Counted from the first letter of the stretch, positions 35,903-50,997 are shown. The stretch: 64,000 bases of DNA from an uncultured Actinomycetes bacterium (GCA_963709345.1 CAVPVX010000011.1:320001-384000); one strand, 5' to 3'. Numbers and translations are program-made. Notes: a model not told the origin generated them from the sequence alone.

Positions 35903-36937
35903 TCAGTCTCCGGCGGCCACCAGATCGATCTCGGCGATCAGCTCGGCCTTGCGCTCCTGTGGCAGCAGCGAGGCCGTGATCGAGTTGCGCGCAAGCTGGG
36001 CCAGGTCGGCGCAGCTCAGGCCCAGCGCCTTCTGTACGGCGAGGTAGTTGTCCAGGAGGTAGCCGTCGAAGTAGGCGGGGTCGTCCGAGTTCACCGTGAC
36101 GACGAGGCCGGCGTCGAGCAGCTTCTTGAGCGGGTGCAGGGAGAGGTCGGGCGTCACCTGCAGCTCGAGGTTGCTGAGCGGGCACATCGTGAGCGGGATC
36201 TGGTCCTCGGCCAGGCGTCGCTGGAGGGCCGCGTCTCGGATCGCCGCGACTCCGTGGTCGATGCGGCGCACCTTGAGGATGTCGAGCGCCTCGACGATGT
36301 ACTCGGGCGGGCCCTCCTCGCCGGCGTGCGCGACAGCGATGAAGCCCGCCTTTCGGGCCTCTGAGAACACCTCGGTGAACTCGCTCGGCGGGTGCCCCAC
36401 TTCAGCGGAGTCGAGCCCGACCCCGGCGATCACGTCGCGGAAGGGAAGAGCCAGCTCGAGCATGTCCAGGGCCTCCGTCGCCGGCCTGTCGCGCAGGAAG
36501 CACATGATGAGGCGCCACGTGACCCCCCGCTCCACTTCGCCGTCCCGAAGCGCCCGGGTGATGCCGCCGACGAGGTCTCCGAACGGCACGCCCCGCGGCA
36601 CGTGGCTCTGCGGGTCGAAGAACACCTCGACGTGCCGGGCGCCGTCGGCGGCCGCCCGCCGAAGGTAGGCAGTCGTCAGGTCGTGGAAGTCCTGCTCGTT
36701 CACGAGCACCGCGACGCCCTCGTAGTAGATGTCGAGGAAGTGCTGGAGGTCGTTGAAGCGATAGCGCGCGCGGCACTCCTCAGCGGTGGCGCATTGAAGG
36801 GAGACCGCATTGCGACGGGCGAGCTCGATCAGCAGCTCCGGTTCCAGGGTCCCCTCGATGTGCACGTGGAGCTCCGCTTTGGGCAGACGGCGGATGAACT
36901 CGGCGGTGGCGTCGTGTGCGGCGTGTGCTTCGGACAC
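35903..36937 (-). CDS. Adenine deaminase (adenosine deaminase superfamily)
   Basis: LPKAELHVHIEG, YRFNDLQHFLDIYY, EVFFDPQSH, GLDSAE, AHAGEEGP, CPLSN, NSDDPAYF. Confidence 0.85.
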   Translation of the reverse strand: MSEAHAAHDATAEFIRRLPKAELHVHIEGTLEPELLIELARRNAVSLQCATAEECRARYRFNDLQHFLDIYYEGVAVLVNEQDFHDLTTAYLRRAAADGARHVEVFFDPQSHVPRGVPFGDLVGGITRALRDGEVERGVTWRLIMCFLRDRPATEALDMLELALPFRDVIAGVGLDSAEVGHPPSEFTEVFSEARKAGFIAVAHAGEEGPPEYIVEALDILKVRRIDHGVAAIRDAALQRRLAEDQIPLTMCPLSNLELQVTPDLSLHPLKKLLDAGLVVTVNSDDPAYFDGYLLDNYLAVQKALGLSCADLAQLARNSITASLLPQERKAELIAEIDLVAAGD

Positions 36938-37031
36938 GGATCCTCCCGGATGTCGGTTGACGTGCTTGTACCCACTCGGTCGGCTTACGGCACGGGCGGG
37001 CGCCGTCGCTTCCGGGTGGTACTGTCAACCG

Positions 37032-38294
37032 ATGGACTGGGGATGGATAGGCCGCGTGCTTCTGCTGCGACGCCGTGGCGCAGGGTCGCGGGTCACGGCG
37101 CGGCCCGCTGTCTTGCCGCTGCTGGTGGTCGCGGCGCTCGCCGCCGCCGTCTGCGGCTGCGGCGGCTCGCCCGGCGCGACCGGCGACGCCTCCGCCGCGT
37201 TTGCCGGCTCATCCGCCGCTCCGGTCGAGGCGAGCTCGTCTCCGGCGGTGACGAAGACGCCGGTCCCTGGCCGGACGCCGGCGAGCGGCTCCGGCGGCTC
37301 ATCGGCGGGCGCGGGCGGATCGGGGCCGGCGACACGCTTCGTCTTCGTCGACGTCGGTCAAGGCGACGCCGCCATCATCCGCAATGGTTCCTGGACCGGC
37401 CTCGTCGACGGCGGGCCGGCCGCGTCCGCCGGCGCCGTCTCCGCGGAGCTGGAGCGCCTCGGCGTGCGTCGCCTCGACACCGTCGTGGTCACGCACCTGC
37501 ACGCCGATCACACCGGCGGCCTGCCCGCGCTCATCGACCGCTACCGGCCGCGCCGCGCGCTGCTGGCCGCGACACCGGTGGGCGGCTTGGTCGCCGCCCT
37601 TCGCGGCGCCGGGACCGAGGTCGTCCAGGCCCGCCGCGGCATGACGTTTCGCTGCGGCTCGGCTCGCGCCCGGGTACTCAGCCCGGCCGCGCTGAGCGGC
37701 GACCCCAACGCCGACAGCATCGTTCTCCTCGTCAGCGCCGGGGGCCGGAGTATCCTCTTCACCGGAGACTGTACCGGGCCGAACGAGGAGGCCGTCGGGG
37801 AGATCTGCGCTCGCGGGCCTCCGGTCTATGCGCTCAAGGTCTCGCACCATGGCTCGCGCTACTCGACCACGACCGGGTTTCTCGCCGGCGCGCGGCCGCG
37901 GTTCGCGGTGATCAGCGTCGGACGCAACTCGTATGGCCATCCCTCGGCGGACGCCGTCGGGCGGCTCCGCCGCGACGGCGTGCGCATCTACAGTACGCGG
38001 CAGAACGGCACGGTGACGCTGACGATCGCGGCCGGCGGCGCCGCGACGTGGCGCTTCACCCGCTCGTCGAGCGCCCTGACGCGCGGAGTCGGGGCGGGCG
38101 GATCAGGTGGCGGAGCCGCCGCCTCGAGCACGTCCTCCACCACCGTCAACCCGACGGTGTACGTGACCGCCACCGGCGAGTGCTACCACCGTGGCAACTG
38201 CCGCTACCTCAGTTCGAGCCGGATCGCGATCAAGCTCGTTCTCGCCAAGGATCGCGGCTACCGGCCGTGCAGCGTCTGCGACCCGCCGCGCTGA
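37032..38294 (+). CDS. ComEC/Rec2-type metallo-beta-lactamase lipoprotein with C-terminal Zn-binding domain
   Basis: Lipobox-like AAVCGC; FVDVGQGDA, THLHADH, LFTGD, LKVSHHGS, ISVGRNSYGHP; tail VYVTATGECYH..C..L....GYRPCSVC; start uncertain. Confidence 0.8.
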   Translation: MDWGWIGRVLLLRRRGAGSRVTARPAVLPLLVVAALAAAVCGCGGSPGATGDASAAFAGSSAAPVEASSSPAVTKTPVPGRTPASGSGGSSAGAGGSGPATRFVFVDVGQGDAAIIRNGSWTGLVDGGPAASAGAVSAELERLGVRRLDTVVVTHLHADHTGGLPALIDRYRPRRALLAATPVGGLVAALRGAGTEVVQARRGMTFRCGSARARVLSPAALSGDPNADSIVLLVSAGGRSILFTGDCTGPNEEAVGEICARGPPVYALKVSHHGSRYSTTTGFLAGARPRFAVISVGRNSYGHPSADAVGRLRRDGVRIYSTRQNGTVTLTIAAGGAATWRFTRSSSALTRGVGAGGSGGGAAASSTSSTTVNPTVYVTATGECYHRGNCRYLSSSRIAIKLVLAKDRGYRPCSVCDPPR

Positions 38295-38299
38295 ACACG

Positions 38300-38531
38300 T
38301 CATGCGGGGGCATCCGTGCGCACGGCGTCCACGACCTTGCGAGAGACGGCGACGTCCTGAGTGCCCAGTCCGTTGGCGGCGTCGCGCACGTGCACGTGAA
38401 GGACGCCGGCGCCGGCCCGCCGTGCCCTCCCGAGCGATGTCGTCCGGCGTGCCGGGGATGTACGGCGTCTGCCCGCGGTCGATGCGCGATCCGGTGAGGG
38501 TGGCGGTGATGATGACCGGTTTCTGGTCCAA
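38300..38531 (-). pseudogene. Beta-keto acid cleavage enzyme (Kce/DUF849) 5' relic
   Basis: GGAAGGAG RBS; KPVIITATLTGS....TPYIPGTPDDIARE, then shifted AGAGVLHVHVRD..GLGTQD; truncated. Confidence 0.7.
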
Positions 38532-38622
38532 CGGCTCCTTCCGGGGGGCTGTCGGGCACCCTACTGTACCGGCGGGAAGCGGCACGGTGTGCGCACGACG
38601 GCGCCGCTTCCGGTCGCCGGAT

Positions 38623-38650
38623 TCAAGAGCCGGAGCCGTTGCCCCGATAG
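38623..38650 (+). promoter_or_regulatory. sigma28/WhiG-type promoter for the kinase-DGC operon
   Basis: TCAAG-N15-CCCGATAG. Confidence 0.6.
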
Positions 38651-38713
38651 TACACATGGTGAGAGACCGGGAGGCAAGGCCGTGCGTCGGCCCTGGAGCG
38701 GAGCGTCGATGAC

Positions 38714-43647
<4,934 letters not shown>

Positions 43648-43651
<4 letters not shown>

Positions 43652-44562
43652 GGGTGCTGATCGCCGAAGACGATCCCACCTCCCGGCTGCTGCTCCGAAA
43701 GGTGCTCGAGAAGTGGGGGTACGAGGTCACCGTGACCGACAACGGGGCCGCCGCCTGGGAGATTCTGCGCACGGAGGACGGCCCGAGGCTGGCGGTCCTC
43801 GACTGGATGATGCCGGAGATGGACGGGGTGGAGGTGTGCCGGCGATGCCGCAGCCTGGAGACTCATCAGCCACCCTACATCATCCTGCTGACGGCCTTGG
43901 GCGACAAGGATCACGTGGTGACGGGGCTTGAGGCGGGAGCCGACGACTACGTCGGCAAGCCGTACGACCCTGCTGAGCTGCGCGCCCGGATCGATGTCGG
44001 GCGCCGGCTGGTCGAACTGAACGCGCAGCTCATCGAGACGCAACTCGCGCTGGAGGTGCAGGCCCATACCGACGCGCTCACCGGTTTGCTCAACCGCGGC
44101 GCGATCGTGGAGCGGCTCGAGGAGGAGCTGGAGCGTGACGCCCGGGAGGGTGGGGGACTGGGGGTCGGCATGCTCGACATCGACCACTTCAAGCTCGTCA
44201 ACGACACGCATGGGCACGCCGCCGGCGACGATGTCCTCTGTGCGCTGGCGCGGCGGCTGGAGTCGGTGCTCCGGCCCTACGACGCCTTGGGTCGATTCGG
44301 CGGAGAGGAGTTCCTCATCATCGTGCCGGGCGCGGGGCGGGCGGAACTGGCCGACCTGTTCGAGCGCATGTGCGCCGTGTCGGGCGGGGAGCCCTTCGAC
44401 GCCGCCGGCGAGGTGCTGAAGGTGACCGTCAGTATCGGCGCCGCCGCCCACGGCCGCGAGTCCGCCGACGAACTCATCGCTCGCGCCGACGATGCTCTCT
44501 ACGCGGCAAAGGAGCAGGGCAGGGACCGGGTCGTACTGGCAGCGGCGGCGACGCGCGGCTGA
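43648..44562 (+). CDS. Response regulator diguanylate cyclase (REC-GGDEF)
   Basis: ATGA overlap with the kinase; AEDD, LDWMMP, KP; DIDHFK.VND.HGH..GD, RPYD I-site, GGEEF. Confidence 0.93.
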
Positions 44563-44612
44563 GCCGGATACTGAGGACCGCGGGGAATGCCGCACGGCCG
44601 GCGGCCGCCGGC

Positions 44613-45101
44613 CTAGCGCAGGGGGTGCCGCATGAAATACAGGGTCTCGGCGATCGAGGCGACGTCGAGGGCCGCCCGCCGCTGCCCGCGCTCGCGGTCG
44701 TGGATGCGCGCCACGATGGCCTCGCCGGTCAGCGGCACGAAGGCCGCACCCAGCTCGGCGAGGATGTGCTCACTCTCGTCCGTGGCGTCGCCGGGAAGCG
44801 GCGCGCGGAGCAGCGGGAGCTCGAGCGCCTGCGCGACCGCGAGCGACCAGAGGACCCACTCGTCCTCGAGTGTGCCGGGGCGGTAGAGGCAGAGAGCGCC
44901 GGCGCAGCGCCGCAGCCGCGCCAGGAGGCTGGCGCGGATGATCTCGCTGCGCGGACCGGTGAAGGGGGTGCTGGGTACGCCTTCATCGAGCGTCAGGCCG
45001 CCTGCGGCAGTCAACTGCGTCGTGAGCGGGCGCACCAAGGTGACGTCGCCGGCGGCGAACGTGAGGAAGATCTTCGTTTGACGCGCTGCAGACCGACGCA
45101 C
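44613..45101 (-). CDS. Thoeris ThsB / MTH538-like TIR-domain protein, catalytic Glu apparently replaced
   Basis: KIFLTF...D, PF...SEIIRASLLARLRRCAGALCL...T..DEWVLWSL..A..LELPLL follows the TIR pattern (V/I)FISF..IRERI..S.V..CL..T..S.WV.WEI; GGGAG RBS before GTG 45101. Confidence 0.6.
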   Translation of the reverse strand: MRRSAARQTKIFLTFAAGDVTLVRPLTTQLTAAGGLTLDEGVPSTPFTGPRSEIIRASLLARLRRCAGALCLYRPGTLEDEWVLWSLAVAQALELPLLRAPLPGDATDESEHILAELGAAFVPLTGEAIVARIHDRERGQRRAALDVASIAETLYFMRHPLR

Positions 45102-45132
45102 AGAGGCTCCCGCTGGCTTCGTCCCATGTGTG

Positions 45133-45160
45133 CTATCGGCATGTTCGCGCCGCAACTGCA
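45133..45160 (-). promoter_or_regulatory. sigma28/WhiG-type promoter for the TIR-like gene
   Basis: TGCAG-N15-GCCGATAG on the minus strand. Confidence 0.55.
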
Positions 45161-45681
45161 GGAACCTGTGTGATCTCATGAGGCGGAGCCGGTGTCGCCG
45201 TGGGGCGGGTCCGCCGTCGCTCTCAGCCGCCGGACAGGCCCACGTCGTAGAAGCGGCGCACGGAGGGCAGCATCGCGATGATCGCGATCAGCGCGCTGCC
45301 GAGGTCGCCGACGCCCCAAAATGGGCGTGAGCACCAGCAACGCTCAGGCGGAGAGCGGGCGGCGGAGCCGTTCGGGTGCGGGCGCGGGAACCTCCCGGGG
45401 CGCCGGGGACGCGGACGGCGCAAGCACGCCGCGTCACAAGGGGCGGCACGCCGGCCCGTCGAAGTAGGCGGCGGCACGCGCGAGGTGCTCGTCATGTTCA
45501 CGGCGAGCGGGACGTCGCCGGGCCGCTACACGGTGGCGGGCCTCGCGGCGTCCTCCGGCGTCGCCGCCGTGTGCTCGATCGTGCCGCTGCTCCGCCAGTG
45601 GCTCGGGGTATAAGCCCCGCCGGGCGGGGAATCGTGTCAGCATACGGCCCTGTTGAGGGGCCCTCGGGGGAGGAAGATGCC

Positions 45682-46484
45682 ATGCCGTACTGCCGTGACT
45701 GCGGAAAGCAGGTAGCCGAAGGGGCGCCGTACTGTCTGTCGTGCGGTGCGGCGCAGCCCAGCGGGCGGCGGAGCCGGCGGAGCCGGCGCAGCCGGCCGGA
45801 CCGCCGGCTCAGCAGCCGCCGGCCTCTCAGCCCCCGCCGCCCTACGTGGCTCCCCGGCAGCCGGCGGCGCCCGGGGCGCCGGCGGGCTGGCCTTCGGCGC
45901 CCGTCGGGTCGGCGCCGCCGCCGGACGAGGTGGAGCCGCCGCCGGTAGATGCGCCGCCCGCATACGGCACGCAGACGCAGGCGTATGTGCCTCCGGCCGG
46001 CGCATCCGCGGGAGCGGCTCCGCCGCCCGCGGCCACGGGCGGCGGGCTGCCCGGCTGGGCGCTGGCGCTCATCATCGTCGGCGTCGTCCTGCTGGTCGCC
46101 ATCCCCGTCGTCCTCGTCGTCGCGCCCTTCTTCCTCATCGGCAACATGGTCCAAGACGTGGCGCCGATCATCAACGAGCAGATCGACCTCTCCAGGGAGT
46201 CGTCCGTCCGCGATGGCGTGACTTCCATCCAGTCGGGCATCGAGGCGTGGGCTGCGGACCACAAGGGCAGATACCCCGCCCCCGTCCGGGTCAGCGCGGC
46301 CGGGCTGGTGACGCCGGATGGACTTAGCTACGTGGACCCCTGGCCCTCGAACCCGTATGCGGGCGGGGCGATGAGCCAGGGATCCGGCGCCGGTCAGTTC
46401 CTGTACGTGCGCGGCCCCAAAGGCGCCTCGTACTCGCTCACGGGATACGGCTCCGACGGGGGCGCGCTGATCACGGTTCCGTAG
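45682..46484 (+). CDS. Zinc-ribbon / Pro-rich / TM / pilin-like domain membrane protein; frameshift near 45762
   Basis: MPYCRDCG......YCLSCG; Pro-Ala linker; one TM; ESSVRDGVTSIQSGIEAWAADH..RYP...WPSNPY pseudopilin-like head. Confidence 0.65.
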
Positions 46485-46494
46485 CAGGCCCACC

Positions 46495-46870
46495 GTGAAG
46501 ACCTGCACGTCGTGTAATGGCGTGGTGGCCTCGGCGACGGCTCCCGGGAAGAGCAACCACCACGTGGCGAGCCCGATGATCTCAGTTCTGCTGACGATCA
46601 AGGCGGCGACCAGCGTGAAGGCGAAGAAGACGATCAAGGCCACCGGTTTCGCGCGCGCCGCCACGCCGACCTGCAAGGTCAAGGTGCTCATCCAGAAGAA
46701 GAACTCGCGCGGAAAGCGGGTCAACGTCACGACCGGGTCGGCCTTCCCGAATGCGACGAGGTCCGTCTGGTCGGTCTCGTTCAAGCCGCTCAAGAAGGGC
46801 AGCTGCCACATGCGGGCGAGCGTCCCCGCCGCGTCCGGCCACGGCCGGGTGACGACGGCTGCCCGCTACA
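46495..46870 (+). pseudogene. Possible relic of a secreted c-type cytochrome-like protein C-terminus
   Basis: KTCTSCN (degenerate CxxCH) then a Lys-rich Ig-like strand pattern; no RBS or signal peptide. Confidence 0.25.
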
Positions 46871-47411
46871 CGTCCACCTCGTCCGGCGCCTCGCGCGGGT
46901 CGGCGAACCACTCGGATTCACTCATGCCGCCCTCGGCGATGACATCCAGCGGCATCTTCACGTACTTGCCCGTGGCCGTGACGGCGGCGCTGCCGTCGGC
47001 GAGCACGATCTCGCCGGCGCCCTCGAAGAGGCGGCTCGTGTCGCGCGTGATGCGTGCAACGCAGCGGATCTCCTCGTCCAGCGGCACCGGCTTGCGATAG
47101 CGGATGGTGAACTCGGCGGTGACGCCCCACTCCTCGGGGTGGAGGAGGAGGATCGCGCGGCCGATCGTCTCGTCGAGGATCGCCGAGCTGATGCCCCCGT
47201 GCAGACGGCCGGGGTAGCTCTGGTGCTCCTCGCAGGGCGTGAAGACGCCGAGGAGTTCAGGCCCGGCGGCTTCGTCCCCGGGCGACGCCGCGGCGGCCGC
47301 GAGCTCGTAGAAGCGCGCATGCAGGCTCAGGGGGTTCTCGGCGCCGCAGACGAGACACATGCGGCTGATGTTCTGGGTGGTCTTGACTCTGCGCGGCATG
47401 CGGGGCGTCAT
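46866..47411 (-). CDS. PaaI family (hotdog fold) thioesterase
   Basis: AAGGAG RBS; MCLVCGAENPLSL, HQSYPGRLHGG..AILDETIG, YRKPVP. Confidence 0.88.
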   Translation of the reverse strand: MTPRMPRRVKTTQNISRMCLVCGAENPLSLHARFYELAAAAASPGDEAAGPELLGVFTPCEEHQSYPGRLHGGISSAILDETIGRAILLLHPEEWGVTAEFTIRYRKPVPLDEEIRCVARITRDTSRLFEGAGEIVLADGSAAVTATGKYVKMPLDVIAEGGMSESEWFADPREAPDEVDV

Positions 47412-47538
47412 GGCTCCTTGCTCGTTGGGCCGTGGCCGGCGGACACATGATACGCGAGACCACGGGGTATTGACGCGGCCTCGCGGCAGTAGGAGCATGC
47501 GCGGCGAGGGCACGTGTGAGCCATCCGAGGAGGGTGAC

Positions 47539-48354
47539 ATGCGACGATCATTCGGAGCCTCAGCTATCCTGCTCGCGCTGGCGGTCTCGCTGCTGCTGCC
47601 CGCTCTGGCCGCGGCGACGGACGAGCCGTCGTCCTACGCCGGGACGTACGCGGGCACTGCCGTCGGCAAGAGCGACAAGGGCTCCAAGGGTTCTTCCGGA
47701 GTCACGGTGTGGGTGGAAGACCTCGGCGACCAGGCGAAGTTCACGTTCCGCTTCGACAAGGTCCCGGTCGTGCTCGACGCCACCGGGAAGGAAGAAGGCG
47801 GTACCAAGGGCGCGATCGCGGTGCGGATCGCCGTGGACAAGATGGGCATCAAGGGCAACGCGACCATCGTGCTGGTGCCGAGCGGGCAGACCTGGCTGCT
47901 CGTCGCCAAGGGCTCCGGAAAGGCGCTCAAGTACAAGGGGAGCGGCCGGCTGAGCGCGCCGCGCATCTCCACGGGGGTGGCCCTGCCGTCCACGGTGGAT
48001 CAGTTCATGGATCTCTTCGGGGCGCTGGGCGGCGCCAAGCCCAAGTCGACCACGGCGCCGGCGGGCGACTCGTCAGACGCCCTCCCGGGTCTCGTGCGCG
48101 TGGCGAGCAGCGGGGACTTCGTCGTGCCCAAGCCCACGGTGACCCCGGTGGCGGAGGTGACCGTCGCGCCGGCGTCGATCATCGCCCCGGCCGAGGCACA
48201 GCCGCCGAGCCCCGACGACGATGTCCTAGCGGCGGCGTTCGTCCTGATGCTCGTGGCCGTGCTCGGCCTGGCCCTGGGAGTGGGCGCCCGCGCCCGGCCG
48301 GTGAGGGTCGCCGCCGGTCCGGCCGGCGGCGCCGAGGGCAAGGAGGGGGACTGA
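47539..48354 (+). CDS. Secreted / surface protein with signal peptide and C-terminal membrane anchor
   Basis: GAGGAGGG RBS; hydrophobic signal ending ALAA; beta-rich core; C-terminal TM followed by Arg residues. Confidence 0.6.
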   Translation: MRRSFGASAILLALAVSLLLPALAAATDEPSSYAGTYAGTAVGKSDKGSKGSSGVTVWVEDLGDQAKFTFRFDKVPVVLDATGKEEGGTKGAIAVRIAVDKMGIKGNATIVLVPSGQTWLLVAKGSGKALKYKGSGRLSAPRISTGVALPSTVDQFMDLFGALGGAKPKSTTAPAGDSSDALPGLVRVASSGDFVVPKPTVTPVAEVTVAPASIIAPAEAQPPSPDDDVLAAAFVLMLVAVLGLALGVGARARPVRVAAGPAGGAEGKEGD

Positions 48355-48355
48355 C

Positions 48356-48853
48356 ATGGACGCCATCGTCTCTGCGTACTACTGGGTCAAGCTCGCGCTA
48401 CTCATCGTCATCGCCTTGCTGGCCGTGTGGGCGGCTGTACGCGGCACGGGGCCGCGCGTGTTCGTCGCGTGGCGCGCGGCCGCTCAGGTGGTGCTGGCCA
48501 CGGCGGCGTTCGTCCTCGTCTTCTGGCTCGCGGACGCCGGCAGCAGTCTTCTGTGGGTCGTCGTGCTCATGGCGCTGGGCGCCGTGGCCGGGTACTTTGC
48601 GGCACGGCGTGAACGGGCGTGGACGCGGGACGGCCATCTCTGCGTGCGCCGCTCGGCCCTCGCGCCATGGGTGTGGGCGGTCGCCGTGATCCTGGTCGCG
48701 ATGACTCTGCTTTTCGGCTCGACCTACCTCTTCGCGCTCGCGCTGCTCGTGATGGCGCTTGCGCTGGGGCTCCTGCTCGGCCAGGCCGGCGCCGAGTCGG
48801 GTGCCGCAAAGCGGGCTGTGAGGGCCGGGCCGGAGGCCGTCGCGACGACGTGA
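48356..48853 (+). CDS. Hypothetical integral membrane protein
   Basis: AAGGAGG RBS; five hydrophobic segments. Confidence 0.65.
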   Translation: MDAIVSAYYWVKLALLIVIALLAVWAAVRGTGPRVFVAWRAAAQVVLATAAFVLVFWLADAGSSLLWVVVLMALGAVAGYFAARRERAWTRDGHLCVRRSALAPWVWAVAVILVAMTLLFGSTYLFALALLVMALALGLLLGQAGAESGAAKRAVRAGPEAVATT

Positions 48854-48884
48854 GCGTCGGCGCCGAGGCCCCGGAAGGAGCAGC

Positions 48885-50067
48885 ATGGACGCAGACATCC
48901 TGATCCTCGGAGGAGCCGGGACGACCGGCGCGGTGCTGGCCGAGCTGCTGCTCGGCCACTCCGCCGCGACGCTCGTGCTGGCCGGCCGCGACCTCGGCAA
49001 AGCCGAGCGGGCGGCCGCCGGACTCGGCTCGAGATACCCAGGGAGGGTATCCGCGCGCGCCGCCGATGCCGCCGACCCGGGATCGCTTCGCCGGGCCTTC
49101 GCAGGTGTCGGACTCGTCGCCGTCGCCGCCAGCGTGATCGAACACGCCGGCACCGTCGCCGCGGCGGCCCTTGACTCCGGCGCCGACTACTACGACCTGC
49201 TGCTCGGTTCGCCGGCGAAGTACGCCGCGCTCGAGGCGCTGCACGCACACGCCGAGGACGAAGGCCGGGTCCTCATCACCGACGGCGGCATCCATCCGGG
49301 GCTCTCGGCCGTCATGATCCGCGCCCTCGCGCCGGCGTTCTCACGGCTCGAGCGCGCCGAGGTGGCCGGCCTGCTCAAGGTCGACTGGGGAGCCTACGAC
49401 TTCGCCACCGCCACCATCCACGAGTTCGTCACGGAGCTGGCCGACTACAGCACCGCCGCGCTGCGCGACGGGGTCTGGGCGGAGCTGCCGTGGAAGGAGG
49501 CCATGCGGCGTGTCGACTTCGGCCCTCCGTTCGGCGTGCAGCGCTGCTCGACGATGGCGATGGAAGAGCTCCGCCGTCTGCCGGATCAGATTTCCTCGCT
49601 CCGCGACTGCGGCTTCTCCGTCTCGGGCTTCAACCCGGTCGCCGACAACGTGCTGCTGCCGCTCGGCATGGGCGTGATGAAGGTGGCGCCGAACATACTC
49701 GGGGCTCCGTACGCGCGGCTGTTCGCGTGGGGTCTGCGGACGTTCGCGCGGCCGCCGTACGGCGTGATCTGGCAGCTCGAGGCGGAGGGACTGACGGCGC
49801 CCGGTGGGCCGGCCGGCGGCGGGTCGACCGGCCGGCAGGGCGCCACGCGAGCCGTCGGGCTGCGCCTGCTGCACGAGGACGGGTACTGGCTCACGTCGGC
49901 GGCCGCAGCCGCCTGCCTTCTGCAGTACCTCGACGGGTCGCTGCGTGCGCCGGGGTTGCACTTTCAGGCGCTGGCCGTGGAGCCGGCGCGGATGCTGCGC
50001 GATCTGCAGCGCATGGGCGTCGGATCGAGAGTCGCGGCGTGGACGCGGAGCGCTTCTCGACCGGTGA
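48885..50067 (+). CDS. Saccharopine dehydrogenase-like NAD(P)-binding oxidoreductase; 3' end uncertain (ORF as read runs to 50294)
   Basis: ILILGGAGTTG, LAGRDLGKA, DYYD, TDGGIHPGL; similarity ends near RDLQRMGV; nearest stop TGA 50065-50067 is out of frame. Confidence 0.72.
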
Positions 50068-50098
50068 CGCCCGGGCGGCGGCGGCGCTCGCGGGTCGT

Positions 50099-50997
50099 CT
50101 ACCCGGCGACCCAGGTGACCACGTACTCCGTGTCCCGGTCCGGCAGGGGGATGTTGGGATCGCTGACGACCCAGCTTCCAGGGAGCCCGTGCTCGCGAGC
50201 AACCAGCTCGAAGTGGCACATGGCGATGCCGAGGTCGACGCGCTGCAGGTCGGCGATGCGCAGCACCCTGAAGAGGGGGCCGTTCTTGCGGTAGGCCCGC
50301 GTCCGGGTGAGGAAGAAGTGCCAGGAGCTGCCGGGGGAGCCGGCGACCCGCTCGCGCACGACGCGCCATGGCTGCTTGTTGGTCGCCGAGGGCGCCATGC
50401 GGACGGCATCGAGCGCGGCCGCGTAGCCGCCCGCGCGCTCCGGGTCGAGCGGCTCGCCGAATCCGTTCTCGAAGAACAGCTGCGAGACGGGGAGTCTGCG
50501 GTCGCCCTCCTCGCGCTCGCGGATGCGCTCGGCGCCGTCGTCGCCGATGAGGCCTATGGAGACGACGGCCGGCAGCGTCTCGTCGCGGTCGAGGCCGCCG
50601 AAGCGGCGCACGAAGGTGCTCCGCGTGAAGGTGCCGCCGAGCCAGCAGGTGCCCAGCTCGAGCTCGGTCGCGTAGAGGATGATCTGCTCGAGCAGGTGAC
50701 CGTAGTCTTCGAGGTCGCCCGGCGCGCGGCCGACGGCGCCGACGATGAAGCCGGTCGCGCCCTTGATGAAACCGTAGGTGCCGAGGCGTCGGAGGGCGCT
50801 CGCCGTCGCCCGGCGCCGCGGCGATGAGGCGGAAGCGCGCGTGCGAGCCGAGCGGGCCGGTGGTCCGTGCGCGCCATGAACGCTTCGAGCAGGCTCCGGC
50901 GTTCTGCGTCGATGGGCTCCGGCAGGTACGTCCGGCAGGAGTAGCGCCGGCGGATGAGCTCGTGCGCCGACTCCGAGATCTGGGGTGGGGCGGTCAT
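50099..50997 (-). CDS. Nitroreductase family protein; frameshift(s) near 50820-50870
   Basis: IRRRYSCRTY; LGTYGFIKGA, LEQIILYATELELGTCWLGGTF, VRMAPSATNKQPW, DLGIAMCHFEL. Confidence 0.82.

Noticed and set aside
45223-45613. Small ORFs between the TIR-like and zinc-ribbon genes
   Set aside because: Only a short hydrophobic stretch, no RBS or assignable family; possibly another relic but not supportable.
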